DNA of 63,334 nucleotides, counting the filler, from Reticulomyxa filosa (lineage: Eukaryota; Protista; Foraminifera), in assembly GCA_000512085.1 (NCBI GenBank). It is 13 parts of 13 records of this genome, joined end to end, with 100 filler letters (N's around TTAATTAATTAA, not from the genome) between each part and the next. Parts side by side here need not be neighbours in the genome. Positions count along the whole stretch, not along the records: positions 1 to 2,610 come from ASPP01045011.1; positions 2,711 to 4,125 come from ASPP01032689.1; positions 4,226 to 5,438 come from ASPP01045109.1; positions 5,539 to 7,116 come from ASPP01019595.1; positions 7,217 to 8,486 come from ASPP01027466.1; positions 8,587 to 12,973 come from ASPP01009376.1; 7 more parts are not named here. The stretch is one strand, 5' to 3'. The number at the start of each line of letters is the position of its first letter. Within the stretch, counting starts at the first letter, position 1. Under the pieces are notes generated by a model. That model was not told the DNA's origin and made no database searches. It saw only the letters and a list, made by a program, of their open reading frames with translations. Positions 1 to 13,073 of this stretch are shown here, piece by piece. A program made the position numbers and the translations under genes.

Positions 1-95
1 GAAATTTCTTTTCAGATGTTCTTTCAGTTAATATTTTGAAACACTGACAATTTCTATACTGTACAAATCGACTTGTATTTATATTTACATATACT

Positions 96-1667
96 ATGAA
101 GGAATTCAATTCTTTTAATATCATTTGGAAAGATAAAGGTAAAGTTCCGCACAAGTTATCACTGAATCCTTTTTCAATGACATTAAAACAAGGGTTTCAA
201 CATTTACAAAATCAATATCAATTGTATATACATTTTATTGTAGGAACAAATGAAGTAATATATTGCAAATTTGTACCAAACGAATGTAGTCCATCAATTG
301 AATTATATATGAATGCTGGGGATGTATTATTGCGTGATATTTACAAACATTCTCCTCATTATCCAATTATCCAAGTATATTGGAAGATAAAATGTATAAC
401 TATGGTACCTTATAAATGTACAATTGCCATAGAAAGAAATAATTTACCAAAAAGTATCCTAAGCAAAGATAAAATTCCATTAAATGAAAAACCTAAGTTC
501 AATCCATTTTTATATAAATGTGATTTGCACGAAGTTAAAATTATTCAAGATAATTCGACACCGGTTAGATTATCAATAGACAATTTATTGAAAAGCATTT
601 TTCATGAAATAATAAAGAATAAATATTTGTGTGATTTGATTAGTGAAGATGACGCAGCAAATTTACGTGTTCATAAAGAAATTAAAAGAAAAATTAATTA
701 TAATAAAAAAAATTCAAATGAATTAATATTAAATGATAAAATATTAACAATATTGAATGAATTGAAGACACTGTATTATGACGAGATTCATAAACAAATG
801 GGATATCCACTTCAATTATATCACATTTGTGCAATATTGTTGTATTGTGGAAAATCTTGTAATGTTCAATTCAGTCGTAATCAAATACAATTTAAACATC
901 ATTTATGGCCTTTTTTGGATTTCTGCTTGCAGAAGGGTATATATATATTGCATAAACATGAAAGAAGAGAAGAAAGTGAAATGGAATTATATTGTGGATT
1001 GAAAAATGTGAGATTGGAAAATATCAAAGAAATAAAAGCAGGCTATTTTATTAGTCATGTAAGTACTTCTGATGATATTCAAGTTGCACAAATGTTTAGA
1101 AGTGATCAAGGATGTATTTTACATTTTCATCCTTCCATGAGGCGTACACTCATTTCTAGCTGTGATGTGTCATGGATATCTCCGTATGAACATGAACGTG
1201 AAATTTTATTTGCAAGACCGTTCGCTTTTAGTAATTTGAGTGATCAAATACATGGAGAATTAATCTCTTGGAATGCAAAAGTGGAGCGTGAAGATGAATC
1301 TACACAAATGATATTGTTAACGTGTGCAAAATATGATACATTTCTTCAACAAACTATTCAAATAAGTGCAGGACGGAATCATTCCATTGATCTCAACGTT
1401 GTTTATTTGTTATTGGGACTCAATATATGTATAACTGCTTGCTTATCCTCATTTAACAAATGGAAAATGAAAAAAGGGAATGTAGAAAAGTACAAAAAGA
1501 GAATGGAAGAATTTAAAAAACGACGTTGCTGTAATCATCTTGTTAATTTATTGTCTATGTTTCTTTTTGAAAGTAACCTACTACAAGTCGATGACATTGA
1601 ATATGCAACGGCACATACTGTGATTTTTGGTTTGCCGTTTGTAGAAAATGACAAAAAAATAATATAA
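96..1667 (+). CDS. Protein with C-terminal ADP-ribosyltransferase (R-S-E/ARTC clade)-like domain
   Basis: Intronless 523-aa ORF. Ordered motifs ELYCGL (cf. LYRG), FISHVSTS, VAQMF, GCILHF, DVSWISPYEHEREILF (ExE). N-terminal half unrecognised; the true start may lie upstream. Confidence 0.65.
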   Translation: MKEFNSFNIIWKDKGKVPHKLSLNPFSMTLKQGFQHLQNQYQLYIHFIVGTNEVIYCKFVPNECSPSIELYMNAGDVLLRDIYKHSPHYPIIQVYWKIKCITMVPYKCTIAIERNNLPKSILSKDKIPLNEKPKFNPFLYKCDLHEVKIIQDNSTPVRLSIDNLLKSIFHEIIKNKYLCDLISEDDAANLRVHKEIKRKINYNKKNSNELILNDKILTILNELKTLYYDEIHKQMGYPLQLYHICAILLYCGKSCNVQFSRNQIQFKHHLWPFLDFCLQKGIYILHKHERREESEMELYCGLKNVRLENIKEIKAGYFISHVSTSDDIQVAQMFRSDQGCILHFHPSMRRTLISSCDVSWISPYEHEREILFARPFAFSNLSDQIHGELISWNAKVEREDESTQMILLTCAKYDTFLQQTIQISAGRNHSIDLNVVYLLLGLNICITACLSSFNKWKMKKGNVEKYKKRMEEFKKRRCCNHLVNLLSMFLFESNLLQVDDIEYATAHTVIFGLPFVENDKKII

Positions 1668-2311
1668 TCATACAAAATAATAACTCAATATTCTAAGATT
1701 CTAAATGAAATTTGTTGAGAAAATTTCTTTGAAAAGTTTTAATTTTATGTTGTATAAAGTTGGTGAACTTTGTTGTATTTATTTACAAATTTATGATAAA
1801 TACTTTAAAAAAGTTTAAATTTTTGAAAATCACACTCTTTAATTAATCATTATTCAGTTATGTATTGTGTTTCCAGAGAAGTTAACACAAGATTAAATGT
1901 CAAACTTTTATATTAAACATTTTGTATTAAAAAGTTATTCAAGTAATTTGATTTTCGTTCTATATTTCGAATTTTTCATTGTTTTTAAAAAGGTAACAGC
2001 TGTGTTTTTCACGTCGTACAATTTGTCAATTTTTATTCATTGTGTTTTTATTGTTGTAATTTGACTATCTTCTCTTACATTATCGCTCAAAAAAAAAAAA
2101 TGAATAAAAAACTTAAATATTTATGTGATTTGCTGACTATCACTTGACTAGCACAAAATATAATACGAAACTCTTTATATGAGATACTTTTCATTAAAAG
2201 CGAGTAAATTTAGGTCAACAAAAATGGGAATAAAACACAACAAAAGCAGAAGAGTAACTGTATGTCTTGTAGCACAGAAAGAAAGGGGTATCAGTATTGA
2301 GATTATAGACT

Positions 2312-2610
<299 letters not shown>

Positions 2611-2710
2611 NNNNNNNNNNNNNNNNNNNNNNNNNNNNNNNNNNNNNNNNNNNNTTAATTAATTAANNNNNNNNNNNNNNNNNNNNNNNNNNNNNNNNNN
2701 NNNNNNNNNN
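2611..2710. other. Artificial assembly spacer (N-run, TTAATTAATTAA, N-run); same spacer at 4126-4225, 5439-5538, 7117-7216, 8487-8586, 12974-13073, 14091-14190, 17588-17687, 45380-45479, 50424-50523, 52017-52116, 58756-58855
   Basis: Twelve 100-nt blocks with the same 12-mer core, which gives stops in all six frames. Confidence 0.97.
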
Positions 2711-4225
2711 TAAGAAAAAAGTTTGAAAGAAAAAAACATGTAGTAATAAAAAAAGGGAATAATAAATAAGAAAAAAAGATGATAAGAAAAAAAGAAAGTA
2801 AAAAATAAAAAAAGAAAAAGAATACGTATTAAGGAAAAATAATGAAAAAGAAAAAAATAAAAGAAAAAAAAAAGAAAGCAAAGAAAATTAAATTTGAAAT
2901 TATAGTTTATATTTTTTATTTTATTGAAGCATTTCCAAAATGCAATTGTTATGATTTTTCGTGTTGATTTGGTGGGAAATATCATTGCAATTAAATTTGT
3001 CGTTGTTAAGTAATATTGGAAAGCTTTATTAATTCGAATGCACTTGAAAGAACATTAAAGTTAAAAAAAATATTTATTATTTTTGTCTTTCTTTTTAAAC
3101 AATTTGAATTAATTTGCTGTTTGTTGTTTTTGTTTTTACAACAACTAGAATATGTTAAATCGACGAGCAGTGAAGGTGATGGAACTGCAAATGAAGAATG
3201 GTGATAATCTCCAATCAATTCAACAATGTGCAAACTCTCAATACAAGTATCATCCTTTCAGTAATAACTAATGGATGATAGCATATATTTCCAAGGATCG
3301 CAAATGCGTGAACAACTCTGCCAATGTAAATATGAACACGATCCATCATTATACATCGAAGTAATGTTGATCCACTTCCCTTTATCCGTACTTGTTTAAT
3401 TCACTGACATTCTTTGTCTTATCCAATGTTTGTATGCATTCCTTAGTGTCGCAAATATCTTACCTTATATAAATATATATAATACATATTTGTTTGAAGA
3501 AAATCAATGACGTGAACATGGATATAAACTATGTATGAAAACTCTGTTGATTTGTTTGTCAAAAAAAAACAGCCAACTGAATCCACAGCAAATAATGGTT
3601 TTCACGAATCTAGCTCAAGGATTAAACAACGTGGATTGATAACGACCCAATTGGAGAGTATCTTTGATCAAATCGTGAACAAATACCAACATGTTTATGT
3701 GTTGTATGTTATATACATATATATACATTGGTGACTAAATCAAATACCAAAAGCAGTGAAAAAAAAAACGAAGCAGACGAAGATATGGTTGTGAAAACAG
3801 AATTATTGGCCATCGACTGCAAAAGTCACTGTCCATCAAAGACATTTTAACGGCACTCAATTTCTGCAAACATTGAAAATTTGAAAGTGCGGGCGAACTT
3901 GCAAGTTCGTGAAACATTGAAATTCGGCAAGCCAATGCTCCATTCGCTTTGAGAGTAGTTGCAACAGATTGCCAATGACCAACTTTGTATTATCTACGAC
4001 ACTTCACGCCAAGTATCTAATTGGGAAAAGATCGTTTGTTATTGGATCAACCTATAAATGGTATGCATTTTCATTCTAGACACAAACACAAAAACTATAG
4101 AGCATACCATGTTATATCTGCACATNNNNNNNNNNNNNNNNNNNNNNNNNNNNNNNNNNNNNNNNNNNNTTAATTAATTAANNNNNNNNNNNNNNNNNNN
4201 NNNNNNNNNNNNNNNNNNNNNNNNN

Positions 4226-5438
4226 TTGGATTATGCTGAGGAATGCAATGTACCAGCATGTAAAAGGGTCTAGCCATCTGATTATACATTAATGCAGGCG
4301 CTATTGGACTCTTTGCGATGACTAGTACGACATCTAGTTTTAAATAAAGAGCCAACATCGTTATTAGAAACGGAAAGAGCACTCCAGATGGCTCAGAATA
4401 GATTTGAAGAAGAAAGTAGATTGAAAAGAACAGAAATTGGCAAGTAATCACGAAACTGAGATCAAGAATTCAAGGAAAAATTGGAGGTTAGAAAACATGG
4501 ATACATATGAAGTAATAGTAATATATGTAGTAAGTTACTGGATCATGGATTTAATAATTGAAATAATTCCGATAGCAAAACAAAGGAAAAAACACTCTGA
4601 ATTATGTAAAAGATATAACTAGAAAAAACGAAAAAAGGAGTTGTAATGACGAATGCTGGAAATGTGGAGGTCATAGTCATAAACAAAAGGATTGTATGAA
4701 AAACAAAGAAGAAAATGAAGTAAACGTCATTGAAGAACAAACTAATAATGATAGAAAACTTGATAGCTACGTACTACCTGTAGTTAGTTTAGATAATGCA
4801 CTAAAATCACCAGATGCAATGCAAATACAAGTTCAAACAAAAGAATTGTGTATAATACATGCATTGGCGGACAATGGAGCTTCAATTTGTGCTATGAAAG
4901 ATTCTATTGCGCAAAAATTTAAAAATCTCATAACAAAAGAAGTGTTTTACGAAAACTTGGCTATCAATTAAAACAAGAAACTAGTTCTTTTGAATACAAA
5001 GCAACTGATGAAATGGTTGATTATGATGACAACGAGAATTTAGAAAGTCTATTGTTAAATCAAAAAAATAGAAATAATGAAAATGACTCAAGGGAGCATC
5101 GAAACATAAGCAATGATGCACCACAAGAAGAAGAAAGAAATAAAAATATCCAAATGTTGGAAAACCAAATGATCAAACTACGGCAAAAATACTAGAAAAA
5201 TTGATCAAATGAAATCAAAGGATAGTAGCAAATAGTAGTTTTGATATTGGTAAGTTAAAAGATATTGGAAATGAAAATAAATCTTAAACCAAGACACAAA
5301 ACCAATAAAACAAAGGCCATATCCACTTAATATCAAACACCAAGAAGAAGTCAAAAAACAAGTAAAAGAACTCGAGATTGCTGGCATTATCAGGAAAAGC
5401 TCGTCTCAATTTGCAGCTCCTGTGGTATTAGTAAAAAA
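4226..5438 (+). mobile_element. Degenerate Ty3/Gypsy LTR retrotransposon gag-pol remnant
   Basis: Aspartic-protease-like HALADNGAS (~4858-4884). RT N-terminus ILNQDTKPIKQRPYPLNIKHQEEVKKQVKELEIAGIIRKSSSQFAAPVVLVK (5281-5438). Multiple stops/frameshifts between them. Confidence 0.8.
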
Positions 5439-8400
5439 NNNNNNNNNNNNNNNNNNNNNNNNNNNNNNNNNNNNNNNNNNNNTTAATTAATTAANNNNNN
5501 NNNNNNNNNNNNNNNNNNNNNNNNNNNNNNNNNNNNNNAGCCGAATTTTGTTTATGTCCATTACACTATTTTTTTATATGCAATGTTGCTATTTGTGCTT
5601 TTTTTGTCATCTTACATAATGATTCCAATTTTGAAACCCAGAAATTTCATTGTTATTTTTCATTTGTGGCAATTTTCAAAATGGAACTTTTTCCCTTTTT
5701 TTATTGGATAACGTATGGATTTACATGAAATAAATTGAAAAATGGTGATAATATTACAATAATCAGGTATTGTATCAAATTTTATATCAATTACTTTTTA
5801 AAAAGTAGCAAAGTGAATAATCTTTGATATTTACGAATATTTAAAGTTGTGGATCATTTTTGAACCTGTTTTTTGAAAATGAGTAACAGCTTTGAAATTA
5901 AAAAAATTTAACAAATTACTTTAATTGATTTAATAAAATAATTCAATAGTCATATGTTTGACGACTGAATAAATAAGGAAATATTTTCGAATTGAAAAAT
6001 TATGATGATTTGAAGAGTTCCTTAAAAAGGGTCTAGTTCCAGATTTTTTATTTTTTTATGTTGAATCATTTGTTTTAATCCTTGTTTTCAAACTTTACAA
6101 GGAGAAAATTTATATTCCCGGATTGCTGAAGAAATTTCATGTATGGAAGTAGCTGAGACAGTTTAAAGAGTATATTATTACGTTCTTTTTGATCAATGAA
6201 GATTTTTTCGATATTTGACATTATTTCATCAACAATCGAAAATTTATTTTATGTAATTTCAACAAAATAAAAATGATAACTCAATGTGACCTTATGTCTA
6301 CAGCTAAAAAAAATAAATGTCGCTAATGTAATGCTAAAGACCTTTCATCTTGAGATAGCAACTCTTTTTGCAACTGTTTTCTTTATTAACTACAAGAGGA
6401 TAGTTTTGAGAAGCGACAAGAAAAAAACATGGAAAAAAAATACAAAAACGAAGATAGAATGTCTATTTGATATTATATCATTTGACATTTGATAGCTTCA
6501 ATGACCAACTTGAAGCATGTGTTAAACTTAACGACAAAAAATTACAAGTTCGTTCATTTGTCGCACAGTATTCTCTCTCGCGCATACTTACGCACATACG
6601 CATAACATATATCCTAGAATTTTCATCGAGCATAATTACAACATCTGTAGAAGAAAGAACTTGTAAAAACTGGTCAGATCTATTTATTGAGTGGAAGCAG
6701 TGAATACGAATGAAAACGACACCAAATAATAAAGAAGAGTGCAGCCGCTTACTTTAAAGCGCATGCTTATGAAATAAGAACTATTTTTGTGAGTGCTATC
6801 TTAATTGATTTTGGAAATGGTTTGTTTCGCTTTGTTTGTTTTTTTTAATTGTGTGTTACTAGTTGTCTTCAAAAAAGGAATGAATGAAAATTTTCTTAAA
6901 GCGTTAGACAATTTGTCTTTGTTTCGCTCCATGAAATCTGGTGTATTAATTGTGTTTGCAATCTAATATTTGGTGTTTTTTTAACAATAAGTAAGTCATC
7001 TGATCTTTGGGATGGCACATCCTAAAATATCGTTGCACCATGCAAAGCATAATAAGCAAAATGGGACGTGAGCTGTTGCTTCACTCAGCAAACAAAAATT
7101 GGAGAACAATAAACAANNNNNNNNNNNNNNNNNNNNNNNNNNNNNNNNNNNNNNNNNNNNTTAATTAATTAANNNNNNNNNNNNNNNNNNNNNNNNNNNN
7201 NNNNNNNNNNNNNNNNTATATGTATATACTTTTTTATATTTGTTTATTTGTCCCCCTCCCCCCCCATCACGAAAACAAAAAGAGTTTGTCAGTGTTTACA
7301 GGGGAAAAAAGAAATCGAAATTGGAGATGGTATTTCAATTTAATAGTTATAAAACATATATTTTTTTGTCTATAAAAATTGTAAAATATAACTTTGTTTG
7401 TATATGTGCATATAGGTCCGGCGCACAACATGAATGGTATTTATTTTAAAAAGGGGTTGAATAATAGTGGAAGAAAAAAAAAGAAAATAAAACGATAAAA
7501 AGAAAAAGGAAGAAAAAAAGGGGATAGTGGAAAAAGAAAAAAAGTAAAAAAGATAAAAGAAAAAAAGAAAAAAGGTAAAAGAAAAAAGAAAATGAAAAAA
7601 AGGAAAAAGAAAAATTGAAAAATGGAAAAATTGAAAAATAGAAAAAATAAAAAAATAAAAAAAGTATTAGAAAAAAAACAAACATTTTTGATAAGGAAAA
7701 AATAATGAAAGAAAAAGAAAAATTATGTGATGATATCCCGCGCGGGATAGTTAAGTAAATTTTTTTTCTTTGTGCGTTTGTTAAAAAAAACAAATATAAA
7801 AATATACTTATAATATTATATAGAACAAGATCAGCCAATTGAAATGATCCGAAACAAGTATTTACTAAAATGAGTCATCTTTCTTTTTTCAATAATATCA
7901 AATTGATTTGTTATTTTTGTATATTTATAAATAGTTTTGTTCCAGTGAAAGCGTAGAGATTATGTACAATTTGTCCTCCAAACAAAGTCAGCATATATAC
8001 GTATCCAGTGCTGCATGTGCATTAGTTGAATCACCAAGATTTGAATATTAAATTGGAAGATTGACTGTCTTATCATCGGCCGCAGATTGTGTTATCACTT
8101 TTTATGAGTCACTTGAGCTCCTTCAATAATAGAGCTACCCAAATTGCTTCTTCTCAAAAATCGTATTGCTGCAGACAGTTAAGGTCAACCAACTTATTCG
8201 CAAGGACCAGCAAACAATTGAATCGGGATCATGTCTAGCAATGTGTCGGCTCAATGAATTGACTAATTGGTATACAAGAAGCAACTCACAATTAATCACC
8301 AATTGTATCATTGTTCAACTTTCGGTATTTTGGTCTGTCGCCCACAGCTCAAAAGTGGATTGTTTGTGCAAGTTCACAAATCAATATAATACATATAATC

Positions 8401-8641
8401 GATTTAAAATGACAAAGATTGACCAAACGCAAAGGAAAGGCAGCTTTATTTGAAGGTACGTACTACTTTATCATATTTTCAGTTGTNNNNNNNNNNNNNN
8501 NNNNNNNNNNNNNNNNNNNNNNNNNNNNNNTTAATTAATTAANNNNNNNNNNNNNNNNNNNNNNNNNNNNNNNNNNNNNNNNNNNNTGATAATCAATGAA
8601 TAAAAATGAGGTTGAAACCTGTTGTTTGTTTTGGTATTTAG

Positions 8642-9841
8642 CGTTCCAAACGTTTTTATGGAGGTATGCTATTCAATGAAGCACATCGACTATGTGACAA
8701 TCTTCCACCAGTGTGCTTTGGCCATTGGAAACATTGTGTCTGTGTTTTACGTATCATAGCCATGCGCTATTGCCTCAAACAGCGTGGTTAAAGTCATACA
8801 ACAATTGCGGCTGGAGCAAATTTTACACTGCGTGTGGAGATGATTTCACCAATAGAACTGATGCGTGTGAAATTGCCAACGATGAAGCGTATAGATATGT
8901 TCCAAGTTTAATTTAAAAACCTTTTCTTTTGGAATGTCTTTTGTTTGGGTGGCACGTCATAAACATCATATGTTATTGTTGTTCTCATTAGGCACATGGG
9001 ATCCTTACAAGTTACCACCAAAGAGAACCAAGGGCAAGAGATACACGATTTTTGTTTGCTTGCTTTTTTTTTTTTTTTTTTTTTTATTATTATTATTGTT
9101 GCCATATCAACTCCAACATCTTGGCAAATGAACAAAATAATAATAATAATAATAATAATATTGTGAAAGCATTTATGCACCAACCTGCCATAACAATTCG
9201 CTTGCTCCGGAATCGAGCATCTATGGCGAGTCATTCATCTATGAATACACGCCCTTTTTGAAATACTTGAAAGAGAAGTATCAAGTGGAAACCAATTACG
9301 TCTACAACCCTTGCTTGAATCACTGGACGCCTGAATACATGAACCGTCCTGATGTCTTGGCAGCCATTCATGCAAACACACACTACACAAGACCGTGGCC
9401 CAGTCATCCTCCAGGCTGGCAGTACGGCAGTGAGTTAGCGGACATTAACTTAATTTATCCTGAATTCTTCTCCAAGGCTCCACAATGGAAAATTACCATT
9501 GTCAGTGGTGATGCAGATGCTGCAGGTATTTACAAAAATACAAATGCATTGCTAAAACGTGTCGTCGTCTATTTCATGCTTTTTGTTTGTGTGTATTTGT
9601 ATGTTTAGTACCATTTATGGGCACACAACGATGGATCGAATGCTTGGGCCGTCCAGTTGTTGTGGATTGGACCAATTGGTGGATGGATCAGGACGTTGCT
9701 GGAAGTTACAAGATTTACGATGGTATCACATTTCAGACAGTAAAAGGTTGTGGTCACACTATCCCAACTTATTGCCCAGAGCAAGGGTTTTTATTTTTTG
9801 AGCAATACATTAATGGTACTTACAGTAGCCAAAGTAAATAA
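8642..9841 (+). CDS. Serine carboxypeptidase (family S10), 3' part, multi-exon
   Basis: WDPY, YNPC..YMNRPDVLAAIH, IVSGDADAA|VPFMGT (catalytic Asp, split by an intron ~9526-9607), TFQTVKGCGHTIP (catalytic His). Confidence 0.85.
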
Positions 9842-10285
9842 TGATGTGTTGTCATTTGTAGAAAATTACAATAATTAACATCACATTTTTGTGAATTACA
9901 TTTCTAGAGCTTTTTCTCTCTTTTTCTATTCCGTTCATTAAGAGAGTATCTGCAAAATAAAGCTGAACGCAAGTATTGTGCATTAATAAAAAAGAAAAAT
10001 GAATCAAGTGCCAAACTTATCTTAATGTCCAGGTCAAAACAAGAGTCTCTGACAATTGCCGAAGTTCCAACACATTTCCTTTTTTTTGCCCTCTTATTTG
10101 AGCTACCTAAAAATAGTTGTTATATTATATTGTTGATATAAATTGTGAGTCTAACAATAGAAAATCAAAATCCGATCCTCATTAAGTTGTAGAATGGACG
10201 TCAACGTGTTAAAATGAGTCCCAAAATTCACTTTAATATTGAAAAAACTCACAAAGAAAGATCGATAGCGACAAAATAAAGACCC

Positions 10286-11130
10286 ATGAACGCTGCTGTT
10301 AATGAACCGTTGAGCCCAATTGACAGTGATCTGATTGAAGCATGCAAGAACAACAAGCCTCGAGAGGTTAGAAAGGCGCTTCAAAAAGGAGCAAATGTGG
10401 GAGTGCAGTTTCGACAAACATTGGAAGAAGTAACACCTTTGATATTGGCAAGTACGAAAGGATACTCGGAGATTGTGGAAGTATTATTAGAGTTTGGACC
10501 AGAGGTAAATGCAAAAACTTCCTTTGGGCATGCAACAGCACTATTGCAGGCTGTGAGTAATGAGCATATAGACTGTGTGACAATATTATTGAACAAAGGG
10601 GCCAACGTTGATCAGGGGGACAAATTGGGTAGGACCCCACTGATGGATGCCGCTGAAAATGGTCTCGGTTTTGTTTTGTTTTGTTTTGTTTTAATAAATA
10701 CGCTTTCTCAAACTGCACGAAAAATAAATTGCAAAAAAAAAAAGGCAATAAAGAAATTCTGGAATTGTTGATAAAAAGTAATGCAAATGTAAATAGTGAA
10801 GATAAACAACAACGAACACCGCTAAGTTATTGTTTGGACTTTGTGAGCAAAGATGACAACAAATACTATGACATTGCATACGAGTTGGTGTTTCAGTACC
10901 ACTGTGATCCTACCAAAAAAGGCAGAACAACTAATCGCACATTTTTGCATTGCTGTGCTGCACGAGGAGATTTAGATACTTGTAAAAAGTTGATTGAAGA
11001 ACTGCACGCTAGCATTTCGGAAGTTGATAACATGGGTTATACTGCCAGTAACTATGCCTCAAAAGCTGGACATGATGCTGTTGCCAACTATTTACAATCC
11101 CAAGGGCGCACTTGTTGTACCATTTTGTAA
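10286..11130 (+). CDS. Ankyrin-repeat protein with C-terminal CaaX-like motif (CCTIL)
   Basis: TPLILA, TALLQA, GRTPLMDA, RTPLSY, RTFLHC ankyrin units. Intron 10668-10744 joins ORFs 10286 and 10681 in frame. Confidence 0.85.
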
Positions 11131-11845
11131 AAAATCAATTAATAAAATTTAAAAAAATACTCAGCTCCCCTTCCCTTTAAAAAAAAACAAGAAAAATCTC
11201 ACAAACGTACACCAAACTTATCTTCATTCTCTTCACCAACAAATTCATCGAAAGAGTAAACTTTTCATATTTTTTGTGTAGCTTAGGGACGACGTTTGTC
11301 ACTTCTTTGTTGTTGCAGGAAACTTGTATACGTGTTGTTTGAAAAGTGAAAAAATAGTAAAAAAAAATGTCATCTATGGCATTTCAAGAAACTAACACAT
11401 TTTTACCAAAGAATAAAAATCGCATATAAAAAGAGGCAAATTTTGTTGGTCTGATCCTTTTGAAAATTATGCATATTTTTCATAAAAAAAGATTATACTT
11501 TTCAAAAGTCGTTAGGTTGTCTATTCACTTCCATTTCGAGAGGCCGCGAACACATGAAGAAAAAAATAAATAGATGCATACTTGCTTGATATTGCATTCA
11601 GGTGAAAGGATACATAGTATTTATCTGTAATGCACTTGATCTTCCTTAATGAAATAAAAAGTGATATTAAAAAAATGTTCTCACCAAAACCAATTCACAA
11701 AAAAATGTTGCAGCAATTCTTCTTTAGAACACAGTGATTATTGACTAAATCAATACTAGCAAAAAAAATTACACAAGGTACATTTTTTGTGAGTTATGAA
11801 ACGATACATAATCAATATTTTCAGTCTATTGAAAAAAAGTGCTAG

Positions 11846-12949
11846 TTATTTATTTTTATTTTCTTCATTGTTCGACAACAGTCCTTTGATATTCTTGAAG
11901 AATTGCAATTCAGTGTCGCTTCGACCTAATTTTTTCTTCCAATCGGTAATTACTTGATCTTTTTCGTCCTCGTTATTGTGTTGATTACCACTTTCATATT
12001 CATTCATCAATTGTGCCAGTTCTCCTTCAGTAAATGACTGTTGTCGCACTGTTTCATTGCGCGTGAAAGTTTCAGCTTCGAGAGTATCCTTAATCACAAG
12101 TCGAATAACTTTGGTTGTCTGTTCACCATTTGTCGACATCCCTTGCCTTACCGCACGACCTACAGCTTGCCTAAAACATAAAGATAGCAAATCAAACACT
12201 TTTAGACTTTGCAAGAGGGTCCACGAGCAATGGTCAGAAGTATATAACGTTTCTTAATGACCTTTCAGCAGACCATGATTCTGATTTCGATCCTGGAACT
12301 GGATCCACCAAAATTATGTGAGTTGCCAATGTCAAGTTTGCACCAGAAGCTGTGTTTCTGTTTCACAAAAATGATTTTGTGTTGTAAAGGAAGAAAGATA
12401 AATCACAAAAAAAAAAAAAAAAAGTGTACAGAAATGAAAAAGTATAAAAAAAAGAAAAAATTATGTACCTGATAGAGAGCAAAATGACTCTCGATATTCA
12501 TCTTCTTCATTGTCAGCATTGCCAGATTTGTCTTGCACCAAGTTTTCTTGGAATGCTTTGATTGCTCGTCGTCGCCTGTAAATGGGACCTTCGCAGAGGG
12601 TCCCTTTAATGCCGTGAATTTTTAAAATGGAAGAGACGCTTCTCAACAAAGGAGTCCATAAGGAAAAAATGATGACACGGTGTTTTGGATCCTGCAGCAC
12701 AAATTTGACATACTTTACCAACTGCGCCACTTTTGAGCCGTACCTCAAGACCATCTTCGAGCTCGGCCGCCATTCTTCAAGTGACGTATCACTGTCATAG
12801 TTCACCTGCCAGTTTTTCATCTTGTGTTCAATTCCAGAGTTACCTACTGTGTCGAGCTCTTCTTGTTGGATTTGCGCATGTCTTGTCAATGAAATGATCC
12901 TTCTTTGAGCCGTTCGAATTTTGTCTTCTAAATTTTGGTAGCGATGCAA
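11846..12949 (-). CDS. SNF2-family (Rad5/Rad16/SHPRH-like) helicase, C-terminal part
   Basis: YGSKVAQLV, RVIIFSLW, exon ~12258-12359 TASGANLTLATHIILVDP, QAVGRAVRQG (helicase motif VI). 5' end lost in the gap. Confidence 0.85.
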
Positions 12950-13073
12950 ATCATCTTTTATTATTATTATTATNNNNNNNNNNNNNNNNNNNNNNNNNNN
13001 NNNNNNNNNNNNNNNNNTTAATTAATTAANNNNNNNNNNNNNNNNNNNNNNNNNNNNNNNNNNNNNNNNNNNN

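Noticed and set aside
2659-2985. Phe/Leu-rich minus-strand ORFs here and at 7446-7838 as membrane proteins
   Set aside because: They are translations of A-rich low-complexity DNA with no motif support.
3000-8486. Coding-like degenerate stretches at ~3000-4125, 5539-7116 and 7850-8486 (also 50524-52016)
   Set aside because: Frequent stops in all frames and no recognisable motif; possibly old pseudogenes or TE debris, but not supportable without a search.
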